From contig JAPLOK010000250.1 of assembly GCA_026400775.1 (NCBI GenBank), positions 1-37,153 on the forward strand: a stretch of 37,153 bases of DNA, written 5' to 3'. The position numbers were made by a program, and so were the translations under genes. The first letter of the stretch is position 1, and every line of letters starts with the position of its first letter. This document shows, one piece after another, positions 18,202-27,406 of the stretch. The notes under the pieces are model-generated. The model searched no databases. It was not told the DNA's origin and saw only the letters and a program-made list of their open reading frames with translations. Origin of the DNA: Alphaproteobacteria bacterium. GTDB taxonomy: Bacteria > Pseudomonadota > Alphaproteobacteria > Acetobacterales > Acetobacteraceae.

Positions 18202-19142
18202 TGCGCCGCCGTATTCTGCTGGGCGCCGCACTGGCCGCGCCCGCCCTGGCGCAATCGCCCCGCCCGGTGCGGCTGATCGTGCCCTTCCCGCCCGGCGGCC
18301 CGACCGATGTCTTCGGCCGCATCCTGGCCGAGCGCCTGGCCGCGCGCTGGCCGCAGCCGGTCATCGTGGATAACCGGCCTGGTGCGGGCACCATTGTCGG
18401 CACCCAGGCCCTGGTGCAGGCGCCACCCAATGGGCAGACGCTGGCGGTCGCGATCAGCGCGATCACCGTCAACCCGGCGCTGCGCGATGACCTGCCCTAT
18501 GACACGCTGCGCGACATCGCGCCGGTCAGCCGTGTGGCCAATGCGCATGTGGCGCTGGTGGCGAACCCGGCGCTCGGCGCGCGCGACCTGGCAGCGATGG
18601 TGGAGCTGGCGAGGCGCACACCGGGCGGGCTGTCCTATGCCTCGCCGGGCAATGGCACGCTGGTGCATCTGGCGGGCGAATTGCTGGCGCGCAGGTCGGG
18701 CGCGGCCCTGGTGCATGTGCCTTATCCGGGCTCGGCGCCGGCGCTGACCGATGTGCTGGCCGGGCGCGTGCCGCTGCTGTTCGATGTGTGGCATTCCGTG
18801 CGGCCCCATGTGGAGGCCGGGCGGCTGATGGTGCTGGGCACCGGCAGCGAGGGGCCGATCCCGACGCACCCGAACCTGCCGCGCATCGCCGATACCTATC
18901 CGGGTTTCGCCGTGACCTCGGTGTTCGGCGTGATCGCACCGGGTGCGACGCCACCGGCGCTGCGCGAGCGGATCGCCGCCGATATCCGCGCCGTGCTGGC
19001 CGAGCCCGAGACCGCGGCACGGCTGGCCGATCTCGGCATGCTGGCGGTGGGTTCGACGCCGGATGAATACGGCGCCTTCATCGCCGCCGACATCGCCCGC
19101 TGGCGCGATGTGGTGCGGGCGGCCGGGATCAGGGCTGGCTGA
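18201..19142 (+). CDS. Bug/TctC tripartite tricarboxylate transporter substrate-binding protein
   Basis: Signal peptide [49 protein letters not shown]; TGATG coupling to the dioxygenase. Confidence 0.92.
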   Translation: MRRRILLGAALAAPALAQSPRPVRLIVPFPPGGPTDVFGRILAERLAARWPQPVIVDNRPGAGTIVGTQALVQAPPNGQTLAVAISAITVNPALRDDLPYDTLRDIAPVSRVANAHVALVANPALGARDLAAMVELARRTPGGLSYASPGNGTLVHLAGELLARRSGAALVHVPYPGSAPALTDVLAGRVPLLFDVWHSVRPHVEAGRLMVLGTGSEGPIPTHPNLPRIADTYPGFAVTSVFGVIAPGATPPALRERIAADIRAVLAEPETAARLADLGMLAVGSTPDEYGAFIAADIARWRDVVRAAGIRAG

Positions 19143-21072
19143 GCAGGTCGGGCGGCGTCGCCTCGCGCAGCAGGGTGGCCAGGGCATCTTCCAGCGGCAG
19201 TGTCTGCTGCTCGCGGCCGGGCAGTCGGCGCAGCACCAGACTGCGTTCCTCCGCCTCGCGCCGACCGACCACGGCCAGGATAGGCACATTCGTCTCGATA
19301 TGGTCGACCACCTTGCGGTTGATCTTCTCGTTGCGCGTATCGGCCTCGGCACGGATGCCGCGGCCGGTGAGCATCGCCGCCACTTCGCGCGCATACTCAC
19401 CGGCGTCATCCACGATGCTGGCCACCACCACCTGGCGCGGCGCCATCCAGAGCGGGAAGCGGCCGGCATATTGTTCGATCAACATGCCGATGAAGCGCTC
19501 AAAACTGCCCAGGATCGCGCGGTGCAGCATCACGGGGCGGCGGCGCGTGCCGTCCTCGGCGGTGTAGAGCGCATCCAGCCGTTCGGGCAGCACGAAATCC
19601 ACCTGCAGCGTGCCGCATTGCCAGTCGCGGCCGATCGCGTCCCGCAGCACGAATTCCAGCTTCGGGCCGTAGAAGGCGCCCTCGCCAGGATTCAGCACAT
19701 AGTCCACCCCGGCGGTGGAACAGGCGGACTTCAGCGCGCCCTCGGCGCGGTCCCAGGTGGTGTCGTCGCCCGCGCGCACGGCCGGGCGGTCGCTGAATTT
19801 CACGCGGAACTCAGGAAAACCCAGGTCGTGGTAGATGGAGGAGAGCAGTGCCACGAACTTCACGGTTTCCGCCGCGATCTGGTCCTCCTCGCAGAAGATA
19901 TGCGCGTCATCCTGCGTGAAACCGCGCACGCGCATGATGCCGTGCAACGCGCCGCTGGGTTCATAGCGGTGGCAGGCGCCGAATTCGGCCATGCGCAAAG
20001 GCAGGTCCCGATAGCTGCGAATCCCCTGGTTGAAGATCTGCACATGGCAGGGACAATTCATAGGCTTCAGCGCGTTGATGCGGTGCGCCTCGTCCTTGTC
20101 CTCGACCGTCGCCAGAAACATGTTGGCGCGGAATTTCTCCCAGTGGCCCGAGGCCTCCCACAGGCGCCGGTCCACCACCTGCGGCGTGCGCACTTCCTGG
20201 TAGCCGGCGGCGTCCAGGCGGCGGCGCATATAGTCTTCCAGCGCGCGATACAGGCGCCAGCCATTCGGGTGCCAGAAGACATTGCCCGTGCTCTCTTCCT
20301 GCATGTGGAAGAGGTGCATCTCCTTGCCCAGACGACGATGGTCGCGGCGCTCCGCTTCCTCCAACTGATGCAGATAGGCGTCGAGTTCCTTCTGGTCGCG
20401 CCAGGCGGTGCCATAGATGCGCGACAGCACCGGGTTGCGGTGGTCACCGCGCCAATAGGCGCCTGCCACCTTCATCAGCTTGAACGCCGGGCCGATATCG
20501 GCCGTCGTGCGCATATGCGGGCCGCGGCAGAGGTCGGTCCATTGGCCTTGGGAATACAGGCTGATCACCTGGTCGGCGGCGAGCGATTCCACCAGCTCAA
20601 CCTTGAAGTTCTCGCCCTTGGCGCGGAACAGCGCAATGGCCTCGTCGCGCGTCACCACCTGCCGCGCGAAGGGCGCGCCACGCGCGATGATCTCGCGCAT
20701 TTTGGCCTCGATGGCGGGAAAGTCCTCCGGGGTGAAGGGCTGGTTGCGGTGGAAGTCGTAGTAGAAGCCGTTCTCGATCGACGGCCCGATCGTCACCTGC
20801 GTGCCGGGGAACAGCTCCTGCACGGCTTCGGCCAGCACATGCGCGCAGTCATGGCGGATCAGTTCCAGCGCCTCGGGGTCGCGGCGCGTGATGAACCGCA
20901 GCGAGGCGTCGGCCGCGATCTCCTCCGACAGGTCGCGCAAGGCACCATCCACCGCCATGGCGATCGCCGCCTTGGCCAGGCCCGGCCCGATGCTGGCGGC
21001 CACGGTCGTGCCCGTCACCGGCGCATCGAAGGGGCGCTGGGAACCATCGGGCAGGGTCATCGTGGGCATCAT
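19129..21072 (-). CDS. thrS: Threonine--tRNA ligase
   Basis: TGS N-terminus, [67 protein letters not shown]. Confidence 0.98.
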   Translation of the reverse strand: MMPTMTLPDGSQRPFDAPVTGTTVAASIGPGLAKAAIAMAVDGALRDLSEEIAADASLRFITRRDPEALELIRHDCAHVLAEAVQELFPGTQVTIGPSIENGFYYDFHRNQPFTPEDFPAIEAKMREIIARGAPFARQVVTRDEAIALFRAKGENFKVELVESLAADQVISLYSQGQWTDLCRGPHMRTTADIGPAFKLMKVAGAYWRGDHRNPVLSRIYGTAWRDQKELDAYLHQLEEAERRDHRRLGKEMHLFHMQEESTGNVFWHPNGWRLYRALEDYMRRRLDAAGYQEVRTPQVVDRRLWEASGHWEKFRANMFLATVEDKDEAHRINALKPMNCPCHVQIFNQGIRSYRDLPLRMAEFGACHRYEPSGALHGIMRVRGFTQDDAHIFCEEDQIAAETVKFVALLSSIYHDLGFPEFRVKFSDRPAVRAGDDTTWDRAEGALKSACSTAGVDYVLNPGEGAFYGPKLEFVLRDAIGRDWQCGTLQVDFVLPERLDALYTAEDGTRRRPVMLHRAILGSFERFIGMLIEQYAGRFPLWMAPRQVVVASIVDDAGEYAREVAAMLTGRGIRAEADTRNEKINRKVVDHIETNVPILAVVGRREAEERSLVLRRLPGREQQTLPLEDALATLLREATPPDLLSQP

Positions 21073-21148
21073 GTCCTCGCGGGCAAAGGCGGCCGGACCA
21101 TGGGCAAGCGGGCTTGCAGGGTCAAGGCCCAGGGCGCAGAGAAGCGCG

Positions 21149-21949
21149 ATGCCCGAACCGCTGCGTGCCGCGCTCTATCTCGATTTCGACAACGTCGTCT
21201 CCGGCCTGGTCGAGGGCGCTGGCCCCGCCATCGCTGAACGCTTCGCCACGGAACCCGCCTTGTGGCTGGCGCCGCTGATGGAAGACCGGCCGCGCCGCAC
21301 CCTGCTGCGCCGCTGCTACATGAACCCCGCCGGCGCCATCATCCGCGCAGACGGCACGCGCGCCTATTTCAGCACCTTCCGCTACGCCTTCCAGGCCATG
21401 GGGTTCGAGGTAGTGGACTGCCCGCGCCTGACACGCCTGAAGAACGCGGCTGATCTGCGCATCGCGCTGGATGTGATGGACGCACTGGCCGGCCCGGTGC
21501 GTCTGGACGAGTTCACCATCATGTCCTCGGACGCGGATTTCGTGCCGCTGCTGCTGCGCCTGCGCACGCATGACCGCACTACGCGCCTGGTGGCGCACCC
21601 CGATGTCGGCCGCATCGTGCGCGCGGCCGCCGATGACGTGATCGGGCTGGACGCGCTGGCAACCGCGCTGGGCTGGCAGCGCGATGCGCCGGATGCCACG
21701 CCCTTCGGCCATGATGCCGCACCCGATGTGATGGCCGCCATCACCGAAATCCTGGCCGACCAGAACGGGCCGGTGCATCTGCCGCATCTGGGCCAGATGC
21801 TGGTGGCCCGCACCGGGCTGACGCTGCGCAGCAGCGACTATGCCGGCACCGGCAGCCTAGAGGCATTGATCGCAACACTGCCCGGGTGGACGCTGGAACC
21901 AGGCGCCGGCGGCGGCACGCTGCTGCCGCCAGGGTGGCAGGCGGAGTAG
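21149..21949 (+). CDS. NYN (LabA/DUF88, PIN-like) domain protein with a probable C-terminal OST-HTH/LOTUS domain
   Basis: [19 protein letters not shown] and [10 protein letters not shown] acidic motifs; C-terminal helical segment [10 protein letters not shown]...[12 protein letters not shown]. Confidence 0.82.
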   Translation: MPEPLRAALYLDFDNVVSGLVEGAGPAIAERFATEPALWLAPLMEDRPRRTLLRRCYMNPAGAIIRADGTRAYFSTFRYAFQAMGFEVVDCPRLTRLKNAADLRIALDVMDALAGPVRLDEFTIMSSDADFVPLLLRLRTHDRTTRLVAHPDVGRIVRAAADDVIGLDALATALGWQRDAPDATPFGHDAAPDVMAAITEILADQNGPVHLPHLGQMLVARTGLTLRSSDYAGTGSLEALIATLPGWTLEPGAGGGTLLPPGWQAE

Positions 21950-21974
21950 CGCCCGCCGGAGCGGTGAATCAATG

Positions 21975-23693
21975 CTACTCGGCGGCCAACAGGCTCTGCC
22001 CCGGTTGCAGCCGCGTGTAGCTCACCCCCTGCCAGTCGAGTGCCGGCGCGCCATCGCGCAGCGTGACGCGCGTCACCGCCAGCCCCTGCGCCGCATCGAT
22101 GGTATGCGGGAAATCCTCGCGCCAATGCGCCCCGCGCGATTCCTCGCGCGCTTGCGCTGCCAGCACGATGACGCGACTGGTCAGCAGCAGGCTCTCCAGG
22201 TTCAGCCAATCTGCCCAGGAGAGGTTGAAGCCGCGCGCGCCATCGGCAACCCCGCTGGCTGCGTGTTCTTCCGTCAGCGCCGCCAGCCCATCTTCAGCCT
22301 GCGCGAGTCGTGCCGCATCGCGCAGGATTCCGGCCTTGTCCCACATCAGATCCGCCAGCCTGTCGCGCAGCGATGACAGCGATGCGGCGGGCCGCGCGAA
22401 GGGCGCCAGCGCAGCACCGCGCGCCGCATCCAGCGCCGCGGCGTCAGGCTCCGCCCATTCGCCATGGCGCGGCACCCAGCGCGCGATCGTATCGCCAGCA
22501 ATGCCGCCGAATACCGTGGAATTGGCCACGCCATTGCCGCCCAGCCGGTTCGCGCCGTGCACGCCGCCGGTATCCTCACCGGCCGCGAAAAGCCCCGGAA
22601 GATCCGTGCTGCCATCCGCGGTGAAGACCACGCCGCCCATCATATAATGCGCCGTCGGCACCACCGGCACGCGATCGCCCGCGAGGTCGAAACCCATGTC
22701 CGTGCACCGTTCAACCATGCCCTTGAATTCGCGGGCCACGCGCTCGGGGCCGAGATGCTTCATCTCGATCCACAGCCCGCCATATTGATTGACATTGCCG
22801 GCATCGATCTCGCGCTGCATGGAGCGGCTGACAATGTCGCGCGTCGCGCGTTCGTTGCGCGGGTCGTATTTGTGCATGAAGCGCTGGTCGTCGCCACCCA
22901 GCAGATAGCCGCCAGAACCGCGCAGCCCTTCCTCGATGATGGTGCCGGTCATGCGCGTGCCGGGGCCAGCCAGCACGCCGGTCGGGTGGAACTGCACCAT
23001 TTCCATGTCGCGCAGCGGCAGGCCCGCGCGCAGGGCCATCGCCATGCCATCGCAGGATTTGTCGCCGGACGGCGTGTGGTACTTGTACATCGTGGGCCCG
23101 CCGCCGGTGCCGAGCATCACCGCGCGCGCCTGCACAAACACGAATTCGCCGGCGCGGATATCCAGCAGCAGTACGCCCGAAATGCGCGCACCATCGGCGC
23201 TGCGGATCAGCGCGAGTGCGCGATGTTCCTCCAGCCGCGCAATATCCTGCGCCCAGGCCTGTTCGGCGAGCCGGTTGATGATCTCGATGCCGGTCAGGTC
23301 GCCCTTGTGCACCGTGCGGTCGAAGGTCTGGCCGGCAAAAGCCTTCTGGTGAATCGTGCCATCCGCGTTGCGGTCGAAGAAGCAGCCCCAGCGGCTTTCC
23401 AATTCGCGGATGCGCTGCTGCGCCACCGTCACCAGCGTCCAGGCAAGGTCCTGGTCGTTCAGCCATTTCCCGCCATCGAGCGTATCCATGAAATGGCGTT
23501 CCGCCGAGTCACCCGCGGCGATCGCGACATTGTAGCCGCCCTGCACCATGCGCGTGCAGCCGGATTTGCCGAGCAACCCCTTCACCGCGATGGTCACATG
23601 CAGGGAGGGGTTCGCGGTCTTGGCGTGCAGCGCGGCCAGCAGACCGGCGCCGCCGGAGCCGAGGACGAGGACGTCGGTGCGGATGCGCTTCAT
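21975..23693 (-). CDS. Succinate dehydrogenase/fumarate reductase-like flavoprotein (non-canonical paralogue)
   Basis: GSGGAG, QGG, EMVQFHPTG, EGLRG, ATRDIVSR, PTAHYMMGG, HGANRLGGN, ESRGAH; start at ATG 23693 with GGAGG RBS. Confidence 0.92.
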   Translation of the reverse strand: MKRIRTDVLVLGSGGAGLLAALHAKTANPSLHVTIAVKGLLGKSGCTRMVQGGYNVAIAAGDSAERHFMDTLDGGKWLNDQDLAWTLVTVAQQRIRELESRWGCFFDRNADGTIHQKAFAGQTFDRTVHKGDLTGIEIINRLAEQAWAQDIARLEEHRALALIRSADGARISGVLLLDIRAGEFVFVQARAVMLGTGGGPTMYKYHTPSGDKSCDGMAMALRAGLPLRDMEMVQFHPTGVLAGPGTRMTGTIIEEGLRGSGGYLLGGDDQRFMHKYDPRNERATRDIVSRSMQREIDAGNVNQYGGLWIEMKHLGPERVAREFKGMVERCTDMGFDLAGDRVPVVPTAHYMMGGVVFTADGSTDLPGLFAAGEDTGGVHGANRLGGNGVANSTVFGGIAGDTIARWVPRHGEWAEPDAAALDAARGAALAPFARPAASLSSLRDRLADLMWDKAGILRDAARLAQAEDGLAALTEEHAASGVADGARGFNLSWADWLNLESLLLTSRVIVLAAQAREESRGAHWREDFPHTIDAAQGLAVTRVTLRDGAPALDWQGVSYTRLQPGQSLLAAE

Positions 23694-23745
23694 GCTGCCT
23701 CCGATCGCCGGAGCGCGCATGCGCGAAGACGTGAACCGGCGGCCA

Positions 23746-24354
23746 TCACGACACGCCCAGCTTCGCCAAGGCGGCCGCGCGCCGCGAAGCCACTTCAGCC
23801 TGCACATCGCGATACAGGCTGCCACCATGCGCATCCATGCCCACCAGTAGCGGCCCGAAATCCTTGATGCCGAAGCGCCAGAGCGATTCAGGGTGCAGGT
23901 CGTCCATGTCCACATCCTCGATCGCGGTGATCCAGGTGGTCTCCAGCGCTGCGGTGCCGCCGATGATGGCCAGGTACACACCGCCCAATTCGCGAAACGC
24001 GTCCGATGAACCCTCGCGCAGCCCGCCCTTGCCGATGACGATGCGCACGCCCTCGCGCACCATCAGCGGCCGCGTGAAGCGCTCCATCCGGTCGGAGGTG
24101 GTGGTGCCGATGCAGACAGGCTCGTAGCCGGCCTGGTTTGTCCCCGCAGGCGGCACCTTGCGCACATTTGGCGCGGTGTGGATCACCGCATGCCCGCGCA
24201 GGTCGAAGCGCGTGCGGCGCCCGCGGTCGAACATGTGGATCTGCGTGGCGTCGCGGATGCCGAACAGCGTGTCCTGCAAGGTCACGGTATCGCCCACGCG
24301 CAGTGTGCGAATCTGCGCCTCGGTGCAGGGCATGGGCAGGTTGTGATGTGCCAT
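23746..24354 (-). CDS. Class I fumarate hydratase / tartrate dehydratase-type Fe-S hydro-lyase, beta subunit
   Basis: LRVGDTV, RDA, GTTTSDRME, IGKGG, FGPLLVGMDAHG.SLY; the ATG overlaps the alpha-subunit stop. Confidence 0.9.
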   Translation of the reverse strand: MAHHNLPMPCTEAQIRTLRVGDTVTLQDTLFGIRDATQIHMFDRGRRTRFDLRGHAVIHTAPNVRKVPPAGTNQAGYEPVCIGTTTSDRMERFTRPLMVREGVRIVIGKGGLREGSSDAFRELGGVYLAIIGGTAALETTWITAIEDVDMDDLHPESLWRFGIKDFGPLLVGMDAHGGSLYRDVQAEVASRRAAALAKLGVS

Positions 24355-25262
24355 CAGAAGCCGATCCTCACGCCCTCGGTGGTGAAGGTCGCACTGGCCC
24401 GCCGCGCCGAATGGCACTGGATGTTCACCGCCACGGGGTTCATGGTGATGTGCGTCGCCGCCACCTCTACATGCACGGCGAAGGCAGTGGAATCACCACC
24501 CAAGCCCTGTGGCCCGATGCCCAACGAATTCACTGCTTCCGCAAGCGCCAGTTCCAGCGCAGCACCCTCCGCATCCCCGCAACGCGAGCCAAGCGGTCGC
24601 GTCGCCGCCATCTTGGCCAGGTGCATGCACAAATCCGATGTGCCGCCGATGCCCACGCCCAGAATGGTCGGCGGGCACACCTTCCCGCCCGCGCGGATCG
24701 CCGCATCCACCACGAAGCGCTTGATGCCGGCCACGCCATCCGCCGGGATCAGCATCTCCAGGAAGGAGCCATTTTCCGAGCCGCTGCCCTTCGGGATCAT
24801 CTCCAGCCGTAGCTCGCGCTCATCATCGGTGAAGTCGATGTTGATCACCGGCACTCGGATCCCGCAGCTGCTCTGGTCGTTCTTGCGCGTGATCGGATGC
24901 ACCACCGAAGAGCGCAACGGATGCTCGCGCGTCGCGCGCTCCGTTCCCCGCGCGATGGCCTGCTTCAGCGCCCAGCCATCCACCTGCACATGGCGGCCCA
25001 CCAGCACGTTGAAGATCGGGATGCCGGTGTCCTGGCAGAGCAGATTATCCATCCGTTCGGCCACGCCGATATTCTCGATCATAGTGGCCAGGATGGCGCG
25101 TGCGGTGCCGTCGGTCTCGCTCGCATCCAGCCGTGCGAAACCCTGCTTGATGTCGTCGGGCAGGATCTTCAGCGCGCGGATGTAGAGCAGCTTGGCCGCT
25201 TCCTCAATCGCTTCGGGTGCCACCACCAGCGGCTCCAGGCCGGGCTTTGTCATCAGCGTCAT
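24354..25262 (-). CDS. Class I fumarate hydratase / tartrate dehydratase-type Fe-S hydro-lyase, alpha subunit
   Basis: LCQDTG, PKGSGSEN, CPPTILGVGIGG, GIGPQGLGG, VNIQCHSAR (three cluster-ligating Cys). Confidence 0.92.
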   Translation of the reverse strand: MTLMTKPGLEPLVVAPEAIEEAAKLLYIRALKILPDDIKQGFARLDASETDGTARAILATMIENIGVAERMDNLLCQDTGIPIFNVLVGRHVQVDGWALKQAIARGTERATREHPLRSSVVHPITRKNDQSSCGIRVPVINIDFTDDERELRLEMIPKGSGSENGSFLEMLIPADGVAGIKRFVVDAAIRAGGKVCPPTILGVGIGGTSDLCMHLAKMAATRPLGSRCGDAEGAALELALAEAVNSLGIGPQGLGGDSTAFAVHVEVAATHITMNPVAVNIQCHSARRASATFTTEGVRIGF

Positions 25263-25271
25263 GGCGTGTCC

Positions 25272-26003
25272 TCACACAAGCAGTGAAATGCCGGATAGCA
25301 GAAGCAGCGCGAGCAGCGCGATGCGAAACGCTTCGCCCGGCAGCACGCGATAGGCGCGCAGACCAAGCGCGGTGCCCGCCACGATCGCGGGCGCTGCCAG
25401 CAGTGCGAAGATCAGCGCCTGCCAGGTGAAGAAGCCGGTGAAGACCAGCCCCACCGTGGTGATGGCCTGCATGAAGACGATGAAGGGCTGCATCAGCGCG
25501 CGCGCCGCATCCTTCGGGATGCCCTGGATATCCAGCCACATCGCCGGCAGCGCGCCGACAAAGCCGCCGATGCCGCCCAATATCCCGCTGGCGAAGCCCA
25601 CACCGGCATCCTTTGGCAGGCCGCCCGCCACGCGCGGCGGCGCCATGCGCAGGGCTAAACGCGCCAGCGCATAGGCCGCATAGACAACCAGCAGCACACC
25701 CACGCCGGCCACGATCAGCGTCGCGGGACCAGCAGCCAGCAGCCAGATTCCGAAGGGTAGCCCCAGCACCGCCGTCGCCACGAAAAGGCGCATGCGCGGC
25801 CAGTCGATATACGGCCACATCGCCGGCAGACTCATGCCCTGCGACAGCAGGCTGCCGAGGACCAGCACCGGCGCCGTCACGCTGGGCGGCACCACATGCA
25901 GCAGGATGCCGGCCGCCACCAGCACGAAGGCGAAGCCCGCCATGCCGGCGCAGAATCCCGCGACGAAGCAGCTTACCGCGATCAGCGCCGCCTCAGCCCA
26001 CAT
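25272..26003 (-). CDS. TauE/SafE (TSUP) family small-anion exporter
   Basis: About 8 TM segments in a duplicated pattern: AGFCAGMAGFAF..., GFASGILGGIGG..G, RALMQ, C-terminal FRIALLALLLLSG. Confidence 0.8.
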   Translation of the reverse strand: MWAEAALIAVSCFVAGFCAGMAGFAFVLVAAGILLHVVPPSVTAPVLVLGSLLSQGMSLPAMWPYIDWPRMRLFVATAVLGLPFGIWLLAAGPATLIVAGVGVLLVVYAAYALARLALRMAPPRVAGGLPKDAGVGFASGILGGIGGFVGALPAMWLDIQGIPKDAARALMQPFIVFMQAITTVGLVFTGFFTWQALIFALLAAPAIVAGTALGLRAYRVLPGEAFRIALLALLLLSGISLLV

Positions 26004-26325
26004 TGAGCGCGAACACTAGGCCGACCAGCAGCGCGAAGCCCGCCGAAGCCGCGACCAGATTCTTCTGCGCCGCGCGCCAGCCCAGGAACTCCAGCGCCAT
26101 CACGCGCAAGCCGCCCGCCAAATGCGCGGCCAGCAGCACAACCAACGCCCATTCGGCGAATTTCACCAGCGGATTCGCGGTCCAGGCCAGGAAGGAATTA
26201 AGTGTCGCCGCGCCGCTGATCGCGCGCGACAGCGCGAAGAAATGCAGCGGCAGGAACAGCGCCAACAGCACGCCCGAGACGCGATGCACGACGAAGCCAA
26301 GATAGGCGGGATGGTTGCGGCTCAT
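25993..26325 (-). CDS. SdhC-like cytochrome b membrane anchor
   Basis: HRVSGVLLALFLPLHF and HLAGGLRVM heme-ligand motifs; 3 TM segments; start at ATG 26325. Confidence 0.85.
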   Translation of the reverse strand: MSRNHPAYLGFVVHRVSGVLLALFLPLHFFALSRAISGAATLNSFLAWTANPLVKFAEWALVVLLAAHLAGGLRVMALEFLGWRAAQKNLVAASAGFALLVGLVFALNVG

Positions 26326-26648
26326 GCGCTGTACAGCCCCCATGCGGCGATGATGCCGAAGCAGGCCGTTGCCGCGCCCGCACCCAGCCAGATCGCATCC
26401 GCGCCGCGCCAGCCGAGCCATTCGATCCCGATATTGCGCAGCCCGATCGCGCCATGCAGTCCGGCGCAGACCGCGAACACCGTGTAGAAGGCGAACCAGG
26501 CTTCGTTGCCGCTGGTGCGCGCGATGATCTCGGCCGCGCTCAAGCCACCGCGGACGGCGATCATGATGGTCACCAGGTGCACCACCACCGCCACCGCCAG
26601 CACAACGGCAGTGATGCGCTGCACGATCCAAAGCCGCGTGCCGCTCAT
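26322..26648 (-). CDS. SdhD-like hydrophobic membrane anchor
   Basis: WIVQRITAVVL...VHL and LHGAIGLRNI..EW motifs; 3 TM segments; ATGA coupling on both sides. Confidence 0.83.
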   Translation of the reverse strand: MSGTRLWIVQRITAVVLAVAVVVHLVTIMIAVRGGLSAAEIIARTSGNEAWFAFYTVFAVCAGLHGAIGLRNIGIEWLGWRGADAIWLGAGAATACFGIIAAWGLYSA

Positions 26649-27358
26649 CGGCCCAGCAGCCTGTCCCAGAAGATGCTGCGCTTGAGGCCCGCGATGGCCG
26701 AGGACGGGTCCAGCCCCTTCACGCAATGCTGCGTGCAGCTTTGAGTCGAATGGCAGGAATGGCAGCCGGCATCGCCCGCCACAGCATCCAGGCGTTCGCG
26801 CCGCGCGCCGTCGCGCACGTCATTCACCAGGGTCCAGGCGCGGTTCATTGCCGCCGGGCCGAGATAATCCTGGTTCCAGGCGACGATGTCGCAGCTCGCG
26901 TAGCACACGCCACAGCCGATGCATTCGATGCCGGCATCCGCCTCGCGGCGCTTGCCGCTGTCTGGCGGCACCACGGCGAAATCGGGCACCGCGCCATCCG
27001 GCGCATCCTTCGGGCGGAAGGTGCCGCCGGCCTTGGTCCATTTGTCGAAGAAGGGCGCCATGTCGGTCGCGAGGTCCCGCAGCACCGGCAGGTTGGCGAG
27101 CGGCGCCAGTTCCAGCCGGCCATCGGCGGCAACCTTGCTGACATGCGTGCGGCAGGTCCAGCGCGCGCGTCCATTCACCATCATCGCGCAGCTGCCGCAC
27201 ATGCCGACACGGCAGGCGAAGCGATATGCGAGCGTCGGTTCCATCTCGCGCTGGATGTGCGTGACCACATCCAGCACGGTCTGGTTGGCCTGCGCCGGCA
27301 CCTGGTATTCCACAGGGCCGTCGCTGCGCATGACCTTGACGCTCAGGGAGTGCTGCAT
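26645..27358 (-). CDS. SdhB/FrdB-like iron-sulfur subunit
   Basis: YRFACRVGMCGSC...WTC (2Fe-2S), CIGCGVCYASC and CHSTQSCTQHC (4Fe-4S/3Fe-4S), LPVLRDL, YLGPAA. Confidence 0.92.
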   Translation of the reverse strand: MQHSLSVKVMRSDGPVEYQVPAQANQTVLDVVTHIQREMEPTLAYRFACRVGMCGSCAMMVNGRARWTCRTHVSKVAADGRLELAPLANLPVLRDLATDMAPFFDKWTKAGGTFRPKDAPDGAVPDFAVVPPDSGKRREADAGIECIGCGVCYASCDIVAWNQDYLGPAAMNRAWTLVNDVRDGARRERLDAVAGDAGCHSCHSTQSCTQHCVKGLDPSSAIAGLKRSIFWDRLLGR

Positions 27359-27376
27359 GAACCTCAGGCTAGCAAG

Positions 27377-27395
27377 TCTTGTATCAGACACAAGA
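27377..27395. promoter_or_regulatory. Palindromic operator TCTTGT-N7-ACAAGA, probable GntR-family binding site
   Basis: Perfect 6-bp inverted repeat in the 48-bp divergent intergenic region; a TGT...ACA core is typical of GntR operators; a GntR gene lies in the same cluster. Confidence 0.65.
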
Positions 27396-27406
27396 GAGGA
27401 CCCTCC

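Noticed and set aside
21975-27358. Annotation as the housekeeping sdhCDAB/fumarase, or as L-aspartate oxidase nadB
   Set aside because: The scrambled gene order, loss of the FAD-linking His, embedded tauE and hydratase genes and dedicated regulator argue against canonical SDH. The Fe-S and anchor subunits and the absence of nadA/nadC argue against NadB.
26726-27406. ORF-track N-terminal extensions (ThDP enzyme from 26726, sdhB-like to 27736, fpr to 13078, GNAT from 11699, glycerate kinase to 6280, NYN from 20801)
   Set aside because: The extensions overlap genuine genes on the opposite strand. Family homology begins at the downstream starts, several of which have clear RBSs.
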